64,000 nucleotides of DNA from an uncultured Syntrophaceae bacterium (GTDB lineage: Bacteria > Desulfobacterota > Syntrophia > Syntrophales > UBA2192), in the NCBI GenBank assembly GCA_964585095.1, contig CAZPCN010000006.1, forward strand, positions 13,160 to 77,159, given 5' to 3'. Each line of letters opens with the position of its first letter. The first letter of the stretch is position 1. The translations under genes were made by a program, and so were the position numbers. Below the pieces are notes generated by a model that had not been told where the DNA came from, ran no database searches, and saw only the letters and a program-made list of their open reading frames with translations. This document shows, in pieces, positions 24,561 through 33,715 of this stretch.

Positions 24561-25235
24561 ATGGCTATGGATGCCCATGTCGGGAAATGGCGGACGGGCG
24601 AACAGGGGTTTACCCTCCTGGAGTTGATGATGTCCATGCTCCTGCTGCTCCTGGTGACGTTGATCATCACGGGCGCCATGAGACTCGGATACCGGTCCGT
24701 CGAGTCGGGGGAAAAGAAAATCGACGCGCAGGAGCGATTCAGAACATCTCTGAATGCCATGGAGTCACAGATCCAGGCGGGGATCCCGCACACAACGACA
24801 GCGGAGAGCGCCGAGAAATATTACTTCAAGGGAGAACCCGATGCGCTGCTGTTTTCCAGCAACCATTCGATCTGGGATGGCAGGCGGGGATATCTGATCG
24901 TGGACTACAGGGTCGCACCGGATGAGAACGGGAAAAAGAAACTCACCGCTTCGGAACATACGATCGGATTGACGGACAAAAGAGAGACGCTGTTGATGAA
25001 TGCCATGGACGATATCCGTTTCGAGTACTTCTCCACAAGGATAACGGAGGGAGGGTCATGGGACTCCCGGTGGACGGACGAAGCGAGCATCCCGGAAAAG
25101 GTTTGGGTGCGCCTGGTCTACCGGGGCATAGATTTTTCCCTGGTCATCCCCATCCGTGCGAAACGGGTCCCGGCGCAGACGGGTCCGGCCCGCGTCAATC
25201 CTGTGCCCGGCATGGGAGGGTCCGGTGCAAAATAA
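24561..25235 (+). CDS. gspJ: Minor pseudopilin, GspJ-like
   Basis: ATG at 24561. Prepilin motif EQ|GFTLLELMMSMLLLLLV. About 224 aa. It was extracted from the 24360..25235 ORF. Confidence 0.65.
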   Translation: MAMDAHVGKWRTGEQGFTLLELMMSMLLLLLVTLIITGAMRLGYRSVESGEKKIDAQERFRTSLNAMESQIQAGIPHTTTAESAEKYYFKGEPDALLFSSNHSIWDGRRGYLIVDYRVAPDENGKKKLTASEHTIGLTDKRETLLMNAMDDIRFEYFSTRITEGGSWDSRWTDEASIPEKVWVRLVYRGIDFSLVIPIRAKRVPAQTGPARVNPVPGMGGSGAK

Positions 25236-26241
25236 CGGCCAGATCATGACAGCGTTCAGAACCGGCGCGACAAGCACGGAGCGCGGGGTCGTCCTGCTGC
25301 TCGTGCTGTGGATCCTGTCCGTTCTCATGGTGGTTGCCATGTCGTTTTCATTCATCACCCGGACGGATGCCTATTCGGCGCTCGCGTTCAAAGAGGGTGT
25401 CGAGAACAAGTTCCTCGCCGAGGCGGGAATCGAGAGGGGTCTCATGGAGCTTGTCTTCAGAAACGTGAACAGGGGCCAGACGGTGACCCTCGAAGGAATG
25501 GATCTGGTGAAAACCGACGGCAGGGCCTATTACGGCCAGCTGGGAAGCGGCTCTTACTCGTTCCGCGTGGTTGACGAGTCGGGCAAGATCAACATCAACA
25601 CCCTTTCCGACGCATCCGCCGTCCTGCTGAAGAATCTGCTGATCAACGCCGGGGTCCCGACGGGAAATGCGGACGTCATCGCCGATTCCATCCTGGACTG
25701 GAAGGATTCCGACGACCTGCACCGTCTCAACGGCGCCGAAAACGATTATTACCTGTCCCTGCCCGACCCGTACAGCGCCAAGAATGCCCCTTTCGACACG
25801 CTGGAGGAACTTCTTCTTGTCAGGGGCATCACCCCGGAAATCCTCTACGGGGATGGCGAGAAACGGGGGATCATCCGGTTTCTGACTCTCAGTCCGGAGA
25901 CATCATCCGCGATCAGCGTGAACGTCGCCCCCCGGGAAGTCCTGCTGGCCATCCCGGGCATGACGGCCGACATAGCCGACCGGGTCATCGCCGACAGGAA
26001 GTCGGATGATCCGGCGGCCGTCCCAAAGGCCTTTGAGGATATCCGGATCGGTATCGGGCAGAACTACGCCCTTGTTTCGCAATTCCTTCATACGGGGGGT
26101 TCCAATACTTTCATGATCGAAGCCACGGGCTTCAGGGTAAGCGAAAAAAGAGGCTATCCGATCCGGGCGGTCGTGGTCTTCGAAGGAAGCAGCAAATATC
26201 GATATCAATATTACAAGAGTCCCGCGGGAAAAACGAAATGA
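25225..26241 (+). CDS. gspK: Minor pseudopilin GspK-like
   Basis: The GTG at 25225 is preceded by GGGAGGG (alternative ATG at 25246). The hydrophobic N-terminus GVVLLLVLWILSVLMVVAM lacks Glu+5, which is typical of GspK. Motif DESGKININT and helix-hairpin-helix-like region EELLLVRGITPEI. Confidence 0.75.
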   Translation: MQNNGQIMTAFRTGATSTERGVVLLLVLWILSVLMVVAMSFSFITRTDAYSALAFKEGVENKFLAEAGIERGLMELVFRNVNRGQTVTLEGMDLVKTDGRAYYGQLGSGSYSFRVVDESGKININTLSDASAVLLKNLLINAGVPTGNADVIADSILDWKDSDDLHRLNGAENDYYLSLPDPYSAKNAPFDTLEELLLVRGITPEILYGDGEKRGIIRFLTLSPETSSAISVNVAPREVLLAIPGMTADIADRVIADRKSDDPAAVPKAFEDIRIGIGQNYALVSQFLHTGGSNTFMIEATGFRVSEKRGYPIRAVVVFEGSSKYRYQYYKSPAGKTK

Positions 26242-27749
26242 CGGCGCCTTCAGCCATCCGGAAATTGACGGCATGGGCCTCCGACGCCTCGGCGAGGCTC
26301 CGGAAGATGGGGAAGCCCGTCTGGCGGGTTCTCACCCTCAGCCCGGGGGACGATGCAGTCTCCCGGAAGCGGGCCATCGGCATTTCCATAGAGAAAAGCT
26401 GCGTCTCCATCGTCGATGGGGAGAGATTCCTGTCCCGGATCAGGATCAGGGCGATGAGAAGGTACCCGCTCGAGGAAGGCAGGGTTGCGACCCCGGAGAG
26501 CGTTGCGAACACGGTTTCTCTTGCCGTGAGGGAGTTCAGGGCGAAAAACGCCGAAATCTGCCTGGACATCCCCAAGGCATGGGCGATCGTCCAGTTCGCG
26601 GAACTGCCTGCCACGGTGAAAGAGACCCTTTCCGATGTCGTCTCCTTTGAACTGGACAGGCTCACGCCGTTCAGCTCGGACCTGGCCTTTTATGATTTCA
26701 GGATCATCGAGGAAAATCCCGAGAAGCTCCGCATTGCGGTTGCGGCCGTAAGGAGCGACCTGGTCCAGCCCTATGTGACGGCACTTCGGGAAAAAGGGAT
26801 TCGCGTGGACGCCGTCCGTGTCAGTATGACCTGCATGGCCGCCCTGCTCGGCCATGCAGGGCAGGGGGCGGATGCCGTATTCCTCGATATCGACGAACAC
26901 GGATATGAAGCCGCCCTGATCCGGAACGGCGATCTGTCCTCCGCTCTCGCGGAACGTCTCGAAGGCGATGGCGACGAGTCGATCATCAGCCGAGCCATGC
27001 AGGAGATCGCGCCGTTTATCGATCAGCTGCGCACCGAGGGGAAGCCCCACCGGATCATTTTCCATCTGAGGGGGCGGCTGGCAGACAGGGGGCATCCCGT
27101 TTTGGAAAAGCTCGTGACGGCCCCCTGCAGGGTCCTCGACGACATCGACCTGAAGGTCGAGATCCCCGGACGAAGGGATGGCATTCCGTATTCGGCGCTC
27201 GGCGGGGTTCTCGCGTCCCTGCGGCCGAACGCCGCGGGAATGAATCTCCTTACGAAAGGCCGCCGCCGCGATGCCGTAAGGCCCATGGTCGTAACGGCGA
27301 TTCTTGGACTGGTCGTGCTGTGCGCCGCGATTTTCTTCATGATTTCCCCCATCGCGATCGAAGGGAAGCGATTGGAGGAGCTTGACCGCCAGATCTCTCT
27401 GCGGAAAGCCGAAGCGTGGAAGATCGAGGCCGTCCGGAAAGAGATCGACGGCGTGAGCAGGGAAATCGCCGCCATCAACGATCTCAAGGCGGGCAGACCC
27501 ATGACCATGGATATCATCAAGGAACTGACGGCGATCCTCCCGAAAAGCGCATGGATTGCAAGGATGAGGATCACGGACACGGGTGTAGACATCGAGGGGT
27601 ATGCTTCCGGCTCGGCTGCGGAGCTTCTGCCCGTGCTGGAAAGGTCTGCCTATCTGCAGAAGGTCGAATTCTCCTCTCCGACAGTCCGCGACCCGAGGAT
27701 GAACGCCGACCGGTTCGTCATCAAGATGGAGCTCGAGCGGAAACAATGA
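26238..27749 (+). CDS. gspL: GspL-like assembly protein (PilM-like cytoplasmic domain, TM, PilN-like periplasmic domain)
   Basis: ATGA overlap with gspK. A cytoplasmic actin-like region of about 330 aa, a single TM (VVTAILGLVVLCAAIFFMISPIAI), a coiled segment and a small periplasmic domain. Confidence 0.6.
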   Translation: MTAPSAIRKLTAWASDASARLRKMGKPVWRVLTLSPGDDAVSRKRAIGISIEKSCVSIVDGERFLSRIRIRAMRRYPLEEGRVATPESVANTVSLAVREFRAKNAEICLDIPKAWAIVQFAELPATVKETLSDVVSFELDRLTPFSSDLAFYDFRIIEENPEKLRIAVAAVRSDLVQPYVTALREKGIRVDAVRVSMTCMAALLGHAGQGADAVFLDIDEHGYEAALIRNGDLSSALAERLEGDGDESIISRAMQEIAPFIDQLRTEGKPHRIIFHLRGRLADRGHPVLEKLVTAPCRVLDDIDLKVEIPGRRDGIPYSALGGVLASLRPNAAGMNLLTKGRRRDAVRPMVVTAILGLVVLCAAIFFMISPIAIEGKRLEELDRQISLRKAEAWKIEAVRKEIDGVSREIAAINDLKAGRPMTMDIIKELTAILPKSAWIARMRITDTGVDIEGYASGSAAELLPVLERSAYLQKVEFSSPTVRDPRMNADRFVIKMELERKQ

Positions 27750-28324
27750 AGCCAGACGCCCTGATCGCGAGAATAAGAAACAGCACGATCCTCACCGTGG
27801 CCGTCCCGGTCATGGTCCTCTTGGCAGCCGCGGCCCTTTACGAATACGGCTACCTGAGGGTGCAGGAGGAGGTCTCCTCAATCCGGGAGGCGGCCGCTGT
27901 AAAATCAAAGACCCTGGAGAAATACGTCACCCTCATTGCGCAAAAACCGGAGATTGAGAAACAACTGGTCGCGCTGAAGGATCTGAGAAAAGCCGAAGAC
28001 CGAAAGATGATTGAAGGGCAAACGCCTTCGCTGGCGGCGGCGTCACTCCAGAATGCGGTCAAGGGATTGATCACGGGAAAGTCGGGAACCATCTCAAGCG
28101 AGCGGGTGGAGAAGCCCGAAGTCCTCGGAAAATTCAAACTCATCAGCGTTTCAATCGATGCCGTCCTGCCCGACGCCAAAGCTCTCGCGGATGTCCTTTA
28201 CGCGATCGAGACCCAGACGCCCTATCTTGTCGTCAAGGAGATCGATGCGAGAATTCGAAACATCAACGACCCCAGGGACCTGATGGTCCGATTGAAGATA
28301 TCCGCCCTCACAACCGGGAACTGA
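27746..28324 (+). CDS. gspM: GspM-like (PilO-like) bitopic assembly protein
   Basis: ATGA overlap with the previous gene. An N-terminal TM (TILTVAVPVMVLLAAAALY), a coiled coil and a ferredoxin-like C-terminus. It was extracted from the 27416..28324 ORF. Confidence 0.55.
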   Translation: MKPDALIARIRNSTILTVAVPVMVLLAAAALYEYGYLRVQEEVSSIREAAAVKSKTLEKYVTLIAQKPEIEKQLVALKDLRKAEDRKMIEGQTPSLAAASLQNAVKGLITGKSGTISSERVEKPEVLGKFKLISVSIDAVLPDAKALADVLYAIETQTPYLVVKEIDARIRNINDPRDLMVRLKISALTTGN

Positions 28325-28325
28325 C

Positions 28326-29021
28326 ATGCAGATTGCCCAATACCTGTTGAAGAGCGTCAATCTCCTGAACCTCGGCCTTTTGGTCGTCGCCGCGGCGCTC
28401 ATCCTCTGTGCCACGGTCCCGATGATGGATATCTCGGTCAATGTGACGCCGCCCTCGCTGACGGAGGTGACGGCGGGACAGGCGGCCCAGGAGCCCACGG
28501 CAGGCCCGGCGCCCGTCTATTCGGAATACGCGCAGATCGCAGAGATAAATATATTTCATCCGTTGAGAAAGCTCCCCCCGGAAAAGAAAAGCGACGCGGC
28601 AATACCGAGACCCGAGGTTATTCTGTACGGCACGTTGATCACCGACGAGATGAGGATGGCATACGTGGAGGACAAAAAGTCCCCCCGGACAACACCGGGC
28701 AGGGGAAAGAGGCAGATCGCACTGAAGAAGGGTGAATCCCTGAGCGGTTACGTCCTAAAGGAAGTAGAGAGAGACAGAATCGAACTGGTGAAGGGGAACG
28801 ACAGGATCGTGGTTTATCTAAGCGATCGGGACAAGGCGCGTTCCGATGAGACGACGCATTCCATCTCGTCGCCGGCAAGGTTCAAGCCGTCCCAGCCGGC
28901 GGCTCAACCGGCCGTTCAGCCCAGATCGATGCCGGGCAGCTCCCAGCAGCCGGTTCAGCCCGCTGCACCGCCCAGAACGATGCCGGGAAGTACCGCACCG
29001 AGAACCGCACCGAATCCATGA
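28326..29021 (+). CDS. gspC: GspC-like protein (TM + HR-type beta domain, no PDZ, Pro/Gln-rich tail)
   Basis: An N-terminal TM. The core VILYGTLITDEMRMAYVED...IALKKGESLSGYVLKEVERDRIELVKGNDRIVVYL resembles the secretin-interacting HR domain of GspC/PilP. The tail holds two MPGS motifs. Confidence 0.55.
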   Translation: MQIAQYLLKSVNLLNLGLLVVAAALILCATVPMMDISVNVTPPSLTEVTAGQAAQEPTAGPAPVYSEYAQIAEINIFHPLRKLPPEKKSDAAIPRPEVILYGTLITDEMRMAYVEDKKSPRTTPGRGKRQIALKKGESLSGYVLKEVERDRIELVKGNDRIVVYLSDRDKARSDETTHSISSPARFKPSQPAAQPAVQPRSMPGSSQQPVQPAAPPRTMPGSTAPRTAPNP

Positions 29022-29031
29022 GGTGGTGATC

Positions 29032-29460
29032 ATGATTCTCAGCAGATTTCATCCCAAGGGCAGCAAAGGATTTACACTGATCGAGCTTCTGGTCGTTATG
29101 GCGATCATCGCGCTTCTGGCCGCCCTCGTCGGTCCCAGGCTGTTCCCGAAACTTGGAAAAGGGAAACAGTCCGCGGCAAAGGCGCAAGTCGAACTGCTTG
29201 GCCAGGCGCTGGATCAGTTCCGGCTAGACGTGGGAAGATATCCGACGACACAGGAGGGCCTGAATGCACTGGCGGCCAATCCGGGAGCGGACAAGTGGGA
29301 AGGCCCCTATCTGAAAAAAGGCCTTCCCGCCGACCCGTGGGACAGGCCCTATCAGTATCAATCGCCGGGTTCGCACGGCGAATACGACCTTTTGTCCTAT
29401 GGCAGAGACGGACAGCCCGGCGGCGACGGGGAGGATAAAGATGTGACAAGCTGGGAGTGA
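29032..29460 (+). CDS. gspG: Major pseudopilin GspG
   Basis: K|GFTLIELLVVMAIIALLAALV, then the GspG-specific core QALDQFRLDVGRYPTTQEGLNAL...WEGPYLKK.LPADPWDRPYQYQSPGSHGEYDLLSYGRDGQPGG. Confidence 0.9.
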   Translation: MILSRFHPKGSKGFTLIELLVVMAIIALLAALVGPRLFPKLGKGKQSAAKAQVELLGQALDQFRLDVGRYPTTQEGLNALAANPGADKWEGPYLKKGLPADPWDRPYQYQSPGSHGEYDLLSYGRDGQPGGDGEDKDVTSWE

Positions 29461-29532
29461 TCCGGTCCGGCGGACCGCCGGCACAGCTCCATCCTCCATG
29501 AGAATGCAGAAAAAGAAGGAAGGGGTACGGCC

Positions 29533-31728
29533 TTGCTGAAGAAACCATTACATCCCCTGCGAACCATCGCGGTGCTGCTGGCACTCCTCGTGCCTTCTTC
29601 GCAGCTGACACTCGACGGGGTTCCGCCCGTTGAAGCGGCCCGTGCGGGTGAATCTGCCGTCTCGATACAGTTGGCGCAACAATCAGCGCCGTCGGGACAA
29701 CCGATCGGCCCTCCCCATCGGTACGACAGGTCTCGGTCCACCCGGCCCGCCAGGCCCGCAATCCCGCCCCAGGGTCAACCCGGCGAACCCACCGTCCTTC
29801 AACCTCAGGCGGTGCAGCCGCCAGCCGGGCAGCCATTCCCGCAGGCGACGCAGCCACAACCCCAGGCCGGGCCCGGGCCCGCTGCACCCCCGACGGGGTC
29901 CGCTCCCCCGATGCCCTCGGCACAGCCGCCCGTGCTGCAGCAACGGACCCTGGCGGCATCCGCCGGTGGCATGGTCACCCTCAACTTCGATGACGCCGAT
30001 GTCTATTCCCTCATCCAGACCGTGTTCGGAGATGTCCTGAGGGTCAATTACATCGTCGATCCCCGCGTCAAAGGACGGGTAACCTTCCGATCCGTGGCGC
30101 CGGTCCCCCGCGAAAGCGTCCTGCCGTTGATGGAGGTCGTCCTGCGGCTCAACGGGATCGGCATCGTGGAGGACGGCGGACTTTACAGGATCGTCCCGAT
30201 TGCCGACATCGCGAAGGAGCCCGCCCCCATCTCCGTCGGGCGAGACCCCACCAGGATCCCCTCGACCGGGAAATCGCTTCTGCAGGTCGTCCCCATCCGA
30301 TATGCCTCGTCCTCAGAGGTCATCCGGATGATCACCCCCTTCCTGTCGGCAAATGCCCTCGTCGTCGATGTCCCGAAGGGCAACCAGATCATCCTCGTGG
30401 ATACCGACGCCAACGTGAAGCGTCTCCTTCGCCTTGTGGAGGTATTCGACAATGAGAGCGTGCAGAAGAAAAAGCCGCAGATTTTCGTCTACCATTGTCA
30501 GAACGGAAAGGCGAAGGATATAGCCGGCACGCTACAGCAGGTCTTCCTGGCCGGAAGGGGTTCCGGCGGCACGACAGCCGCGACAGCGCCGGCAAGACCG
30601 GGCACCTTCCCGCAAGCTCCGGCAACCCCCGCCGCGGCGGGCCCGTCCACGAGCGTATCGGCACCCGGCGGGGGAGAACAACTGGTTTCCGACGTGACAA
30701 GGATCTTCCCCGACGAAATTCTGAACGCCGTCATCATTCTGGCAACCCCCGAGGACTACGATCTCATCAAGACAACCCTGGCGAGAATTGATATCGTGCC
30801 CAGACAGGTCGTTATCGAGGGGCTCATCGCGGAGGTGACCCTGACGGACAATCTGAGCCTCGGTCTCTCGTACTACATCAAGGCAAGTCTCGGGGACTTC
30901 GACATGAGGATCGGGCTCAATGCCTCGAACCTGAACATCGACCCGACCAAGCCGACGGGAACCGGATTCACGTTCGTCGGCACGGACACCACGGGCCAGG
31001 TCAGGGCGGTCGTCACCGCCCTTGCAACCGATTCCAAGGCGAAACTGCTGGCGTCACCCCACATCCTGGTTTCCGACAACCGGGAAGCGAAAATCCAGGT
31101 CGGCCAGCAGGTCCCCATCACCACGTCGGAGACCTATGCCCAAGCCGGTGTGGCGCCGCAGCGGATTGTCCAGTACAAGGACATCGGCATCATCCTCAAG
31201 GTGAAACCCCGGGTCAACGAGGGGGGACTCGTGGCATTGGAAGTCGGCCAGGAGGTCTCCACGTTCCAGACGATCCCCCTTGGCAATGTCGGAGAGACGC
31301 AGATCATCATCAACAAGACGGAAGCTGCGACCAACCTCGTCGTTCAGGACGGCCAGACCATCATCATCGGCGGCCTCATCCGGGAAGACACCACGAAATC
31401 GCGGACGGGCGTCCCCTGGCTCAGCAAGCTTCCGCTCCTGGGATGGCTGTTCGGGAACACGGAAGACAACAAGACAAGGGCCGAACTCATCATTCTCCTG
31501 ACCCCGCACGTGATGAAGGATCAGAAGGAGGCGAGGGACGTGACGGCCGACTACGTGGACGACATGGCCGAAAGCAGCCAGGGGAGGATTCGAAAGGACG
31601 AGCTGATCAAGAAAGAGAAGGGGCAGAAAGGCGAGACAAACCGATTGAAGAAAGCCCCGGTGCCTGCCCCTGCCCCGCCGGCAAACGGAAAGCCCGCAGA
31701 CCAAACGCCCATGCAGGGCATGCCTTGA
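29533..31728 (+). CDS. gspD: Secretin GspD with a long Pro/Gln-rich N-terminal linker
   Basis: The TTG start at 29533 follows GGAAGGGG. Signal-like N-terminus, N-domains (VTLNFDDADVYSLIQTVF...) and the secretin C-domain (GVPWLSKLPLLGWLFG, ELIILLTPHV). Confidence 0.9.
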   Translation: MLKKPLHPLRTIAVLLALLVPSSQLTLDGVPPVEAARAGESAVSIQLAQQSAPSGQPIGPPHRYDRSRSTRPARPAIPPQGQPGEPTVLQPQAVQPPAGQPFPQATQPQPQAGPGPAAPPTGSAPPMPSAQPPVLQQRTLAASAGGMVTLNFDDADVYSLIQTVFGDVLRVNYIVDPRVKGRVTFRSVAPVPRESVLPLMEVVLRLNGIGIVEDGGLYRIVPIADIAKEPAPISVGRDPTRIPSTGKSLLQVVPIRYASSSEVIRMITPFLSANALVVDVPKGNQIILVDTDANVKRLLRLVEVFDNESVQKKKPQIFVYHCQNGKAKDIAGTLQQVFLAGRGSGGTTAATAPARPGTFPQAPATPAAAGPSTSVSAPGGGEQLVSDVTRIFPDEILNAVIILATPEDYDLIKTTLARIDIVPRQVVIEGLIAEVTLTDNLSLGLSYYIKASLGDFDMRIGLNASNLNIDPTKPTGTGFTFVGTDTTGQVRAVVTALATDSKAKLLASPHILVSDNREAKIQVGQQVPITTSETYAQAGVAPQRIVQYKDIGIILKVKPRVNEGGLVALEVGQEVSTFQTIPLGNVGETQIIINKTEAATNLVVQDGQTIIIGGLIREDTTKSRTGVPWLSKLPLLGWLFGNTEDNKTRAELIILLTPHVMKDQKEARDVTADYVDDMAESSQGRIRKDELIKKEKGQKGETNRLKKAPVPAPAPPANGKPADQTPMQGMP

Positions 31729-31802
31729 CCGCAACGGCGGATCCTATCCGGTGTGCATACCCGGACGCGAACCGGCATACAACAACGGGGGAGGGATGGA
31801 CT

Positions 31803-32840
31803 ATGAATTGGACTGCACTCATCACATGCATCATTGCGACCGGGTTTGCCTGCTCCGCCTACGCGCAGGCCCCGTTCCCGGGTCAGGCAACGCAGAACGG
31901 GCCCGCCGGCGGCGTCCCCGGCGTACAGGCTCCGATGCCCGGAACCGCAACGCAAGGAGGGTCCGCAGGAAGCGCGGACGGCCCACTGGCCCCGATGCCC
32001 GGAACGGCAACCCAGAACGCGCCCGCAGGCAGCCCCGCCGCAGCGCCGGCCCCGATGCCCGGGGCGCAAACCCCGGACTCGCCCGCAGGCAGCCCGGCTG
32101 CAATGCCCGGGGCGACCACTCGGGAAAAGCCCGCCGGCACCGTACCCGGTATGGATGAAATCATGACCGCCATCGACGCGTCCGAGTTAATCACCCGTGG
32201 TTTCAGCGATGCCGCAATTGCGACGTTGTTGTCGAATCGGTGGGGTTTCGACAGGGATTCGGCTCTCAAGAAGGGCAGGACGGATGAGCAGATCATAAGA
32301 GACCTTGTAACGAAGACAAAAGAACTCCCGCCGGTGGGCGGCGTCAATCGCTCAAAACAACATGAGGACGAGGGGGATAAGCAGTTCCGAGACTCACACT
32401 ATGGCAGAGCTGCAAAAGAATACTCTCTTGCGATCGCATACTCGGGAAAAAGCGTCAAACCGTATCAGTTGCGGGCCGATACCTATGTGCGGTATCTGAA
32501 AACCGTCCTGCCCGCAGCAGCCAACAGCAAGTCGTTCAATGGAAAACAGGTTCTTGCCGATCGATCGAGATCCTTGATGTGTCATGCCATCCATTTCGAC
32601 TATGCAAAAGCGAGCGACCTCAACAAAAAATACCTGGCGGCACTTAATGCGGACATCTATTTGCTTGCTGGAAAAATCAAAAAGGATACGGCGAATTACG
32701 AGGCAACGGGATCGGACGGCAGAATTGCCCCAATGGCCCGATTGCAGCACTTGGAGCGTCAAAAAAAGGTTGCCATCCAGACCGGCACTACAATCAAGAA
32801 GTCGATTGACGATTACAAACTGTTCTGTGCAGCGAGGTGA
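31803..32840 (+). CDS. Exported hypothetical protein: 20-aa Pro-rich repeats plus a C-terminal TPR-like Lys-rich domain (candidate T2SS/secretin accessory)
   Basis: The ATG at 31803 follows GGGGGAGGG. Signal peptide MNWTALITCIIATGFACSAYAQA (a possible lipoprotein Cys). APMPGTATQ-type repeats. TPR-like segment GDKQFRDSHYGRAAKEYSLAIAYSGKSVKPYQLRADTYVRY. It was extracted from the 31443..32840 ORF. Confidence 0.6.
   Translation: MNWTALITCIIATGFACSAYAQAPFPGQATQNGPAGGVPGVQAPMPGTATQGGSAGSADGPLAPMPGTATQNAPAGSPAAAPAPMPGAQTPDSPAGSPAAMPGATTREKPAGTVPGMDEIMTAIDASELITRGFSDAAIATLLSNRWGFDRDSALKKGRTDEQIIRDLVTKTKELPPVGGVNRSKQHEDEGDKQFRDSHYGRAAKEYSLAIAYSGKSVKPYQLRADTYVRYLKTVLPAAANSKSFNGKQVLADRSRSLMCHAIHFDYAKASDLNKKYLAALNADIYLLAGKIKKDTANYEATGSDGRIAPMARLQHLERQKKVAIQTGTTIKKSIDDYKLFCAAR
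31920..32120 (+). repeat. Degenerate 60-nt (20-codon) tandem coding repeat, about 3.8 copies
   Basis: CCGATGCCCGG recurs at 31932, 31992 and 32052, an exact 60-nt phase. A fourth ATGCCCGG occurs at 32103. The repeat encodes (A/L)APMPG(T/A)(A/Q)T... Confidence 0.75.
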
Positions 32841-32939
32841 ATGAACCCCGCTTGCCGGCACATGTGCAGACGGCGGGATATCGCGCGGCGCGGCGTCTCT
32901 GTTGCACAAGACTGCCCGCATACGCCGCCTTTTCCCCTG

Positions 32940-33377
32940 TCAGGGCACGTTGACATTGAACTTGGCCGATGCGGTATTTCCCCGGTGATTGATCTTCACG
33001 ACGATGTACCAGGGGCCTTCCATGATGAAGTTCATCGCCACCCGGTATTTGCCGCCCCTGAACGGGGCATCGACCCTGTAATTCATGGGTGCCATCCTCG
33101 GCATGGGCGGCATGTAGTAATTCACGAGGACCTTCGCGTCGGTGACCGCATGCCCGTCCGGTCCCCGGATTTCCACGTCCAAGTTGTTGACCCCCTGGAT
33201 CGGCGGGTTTCTGTCTATCTGGATTGCGACTGCGTAATCGCCTGCCTTTTTGCTCTCCACAAGGCTCGCTGCGTCGGCCGACCCCGCCATAATACAAACG
33301 ATCACGCCGACCCCTAGGATCGGAATGCAGCCATGCAGCCAGGAAACGCTGAAGCGTCGGGACCGGAGACAAGTCAT
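32940..33377 (-). CDS. FixH/YtkA-like periplasmic Ig-fold protein (metal-resistance associated)
   Basis: N-terminal TM/signal. Pattern YAVAIQIDRNPPIQGVNNLDVEIRGPDG..VTDAKVLVNYYMPPMPRM...GKYRVAMNFIMEGPWYIVVKI is typical of YtkA/FixH-like domains. The Met-rich loop MPPMPRMAPM suggests Cu(I) binding. Confidence 0.6.
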   Translation of the reverse strand: MTCLRSRRFSVSWLHGCIPILGVGVIVCIMAGSADAASLVESKKAGDYAVAIQIDRNPPIQGVNNLDVEIRGPDGHAVTDAKVLVNYYMPPMPRMAPMNYRVDAPFRGGKYRVAMNFIMEGPWYIVVKINHRGNTASAKFNVNVP

Positions 33378-33715
33378 GCGAATTTTCTACACCATGTCCT
33401 GGCCCGGGTAAAGAGATTGTTCGCCCCCTTCACCGCCGCACGCTCATCGCGCAGGGCTATAACGCAGAGACGGAAAATATTCCTTTCTGCCAACAAGACA
33501 GCAGCCTCCAAGAAGGCTATCCGAAAACGGCGGTTCTCCCGGAAGATGTCGGCAGCTCGTCCATCCTGCCTGCACGAGGGAACCGGCAGAGCCCGCTCCA
33601 GCCCTTCTCGGCCGGTCGTCACGGTCAGGAACCTGTCCGCCGTCGCGGCACGCACCAACCCCGGGGTCATCGACGCAACTCATCCATACCCTTAGGAAAG
33701 AGTAAGGGATTTCGA

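Noticed and set aside
21021-27746. Long minus-strand ORFs 21021..22262 (413 aa), 22434..23237 and 26250..27746 (498 aa)
   Set aside because: They lie antisense to gspE, gspF and gspL, have no motifs and show biased Arg/Gly/Pro composition.
20826-31728. Alternative reading of the secretion operon as a type IV pilus system, because of the PilM/N/O-like genes
   Set aside because: The GspG-specific core sequence, a GspK-like minor pseudopilin without Glu+5, a GspC/HR-like gene, the H-I-J-K set, and nearby ExeA/ExeB all favour a T2SS. No PilT-type retraction ATPase or PilA-like pilin was seen. A proper phylogeny is still needed.
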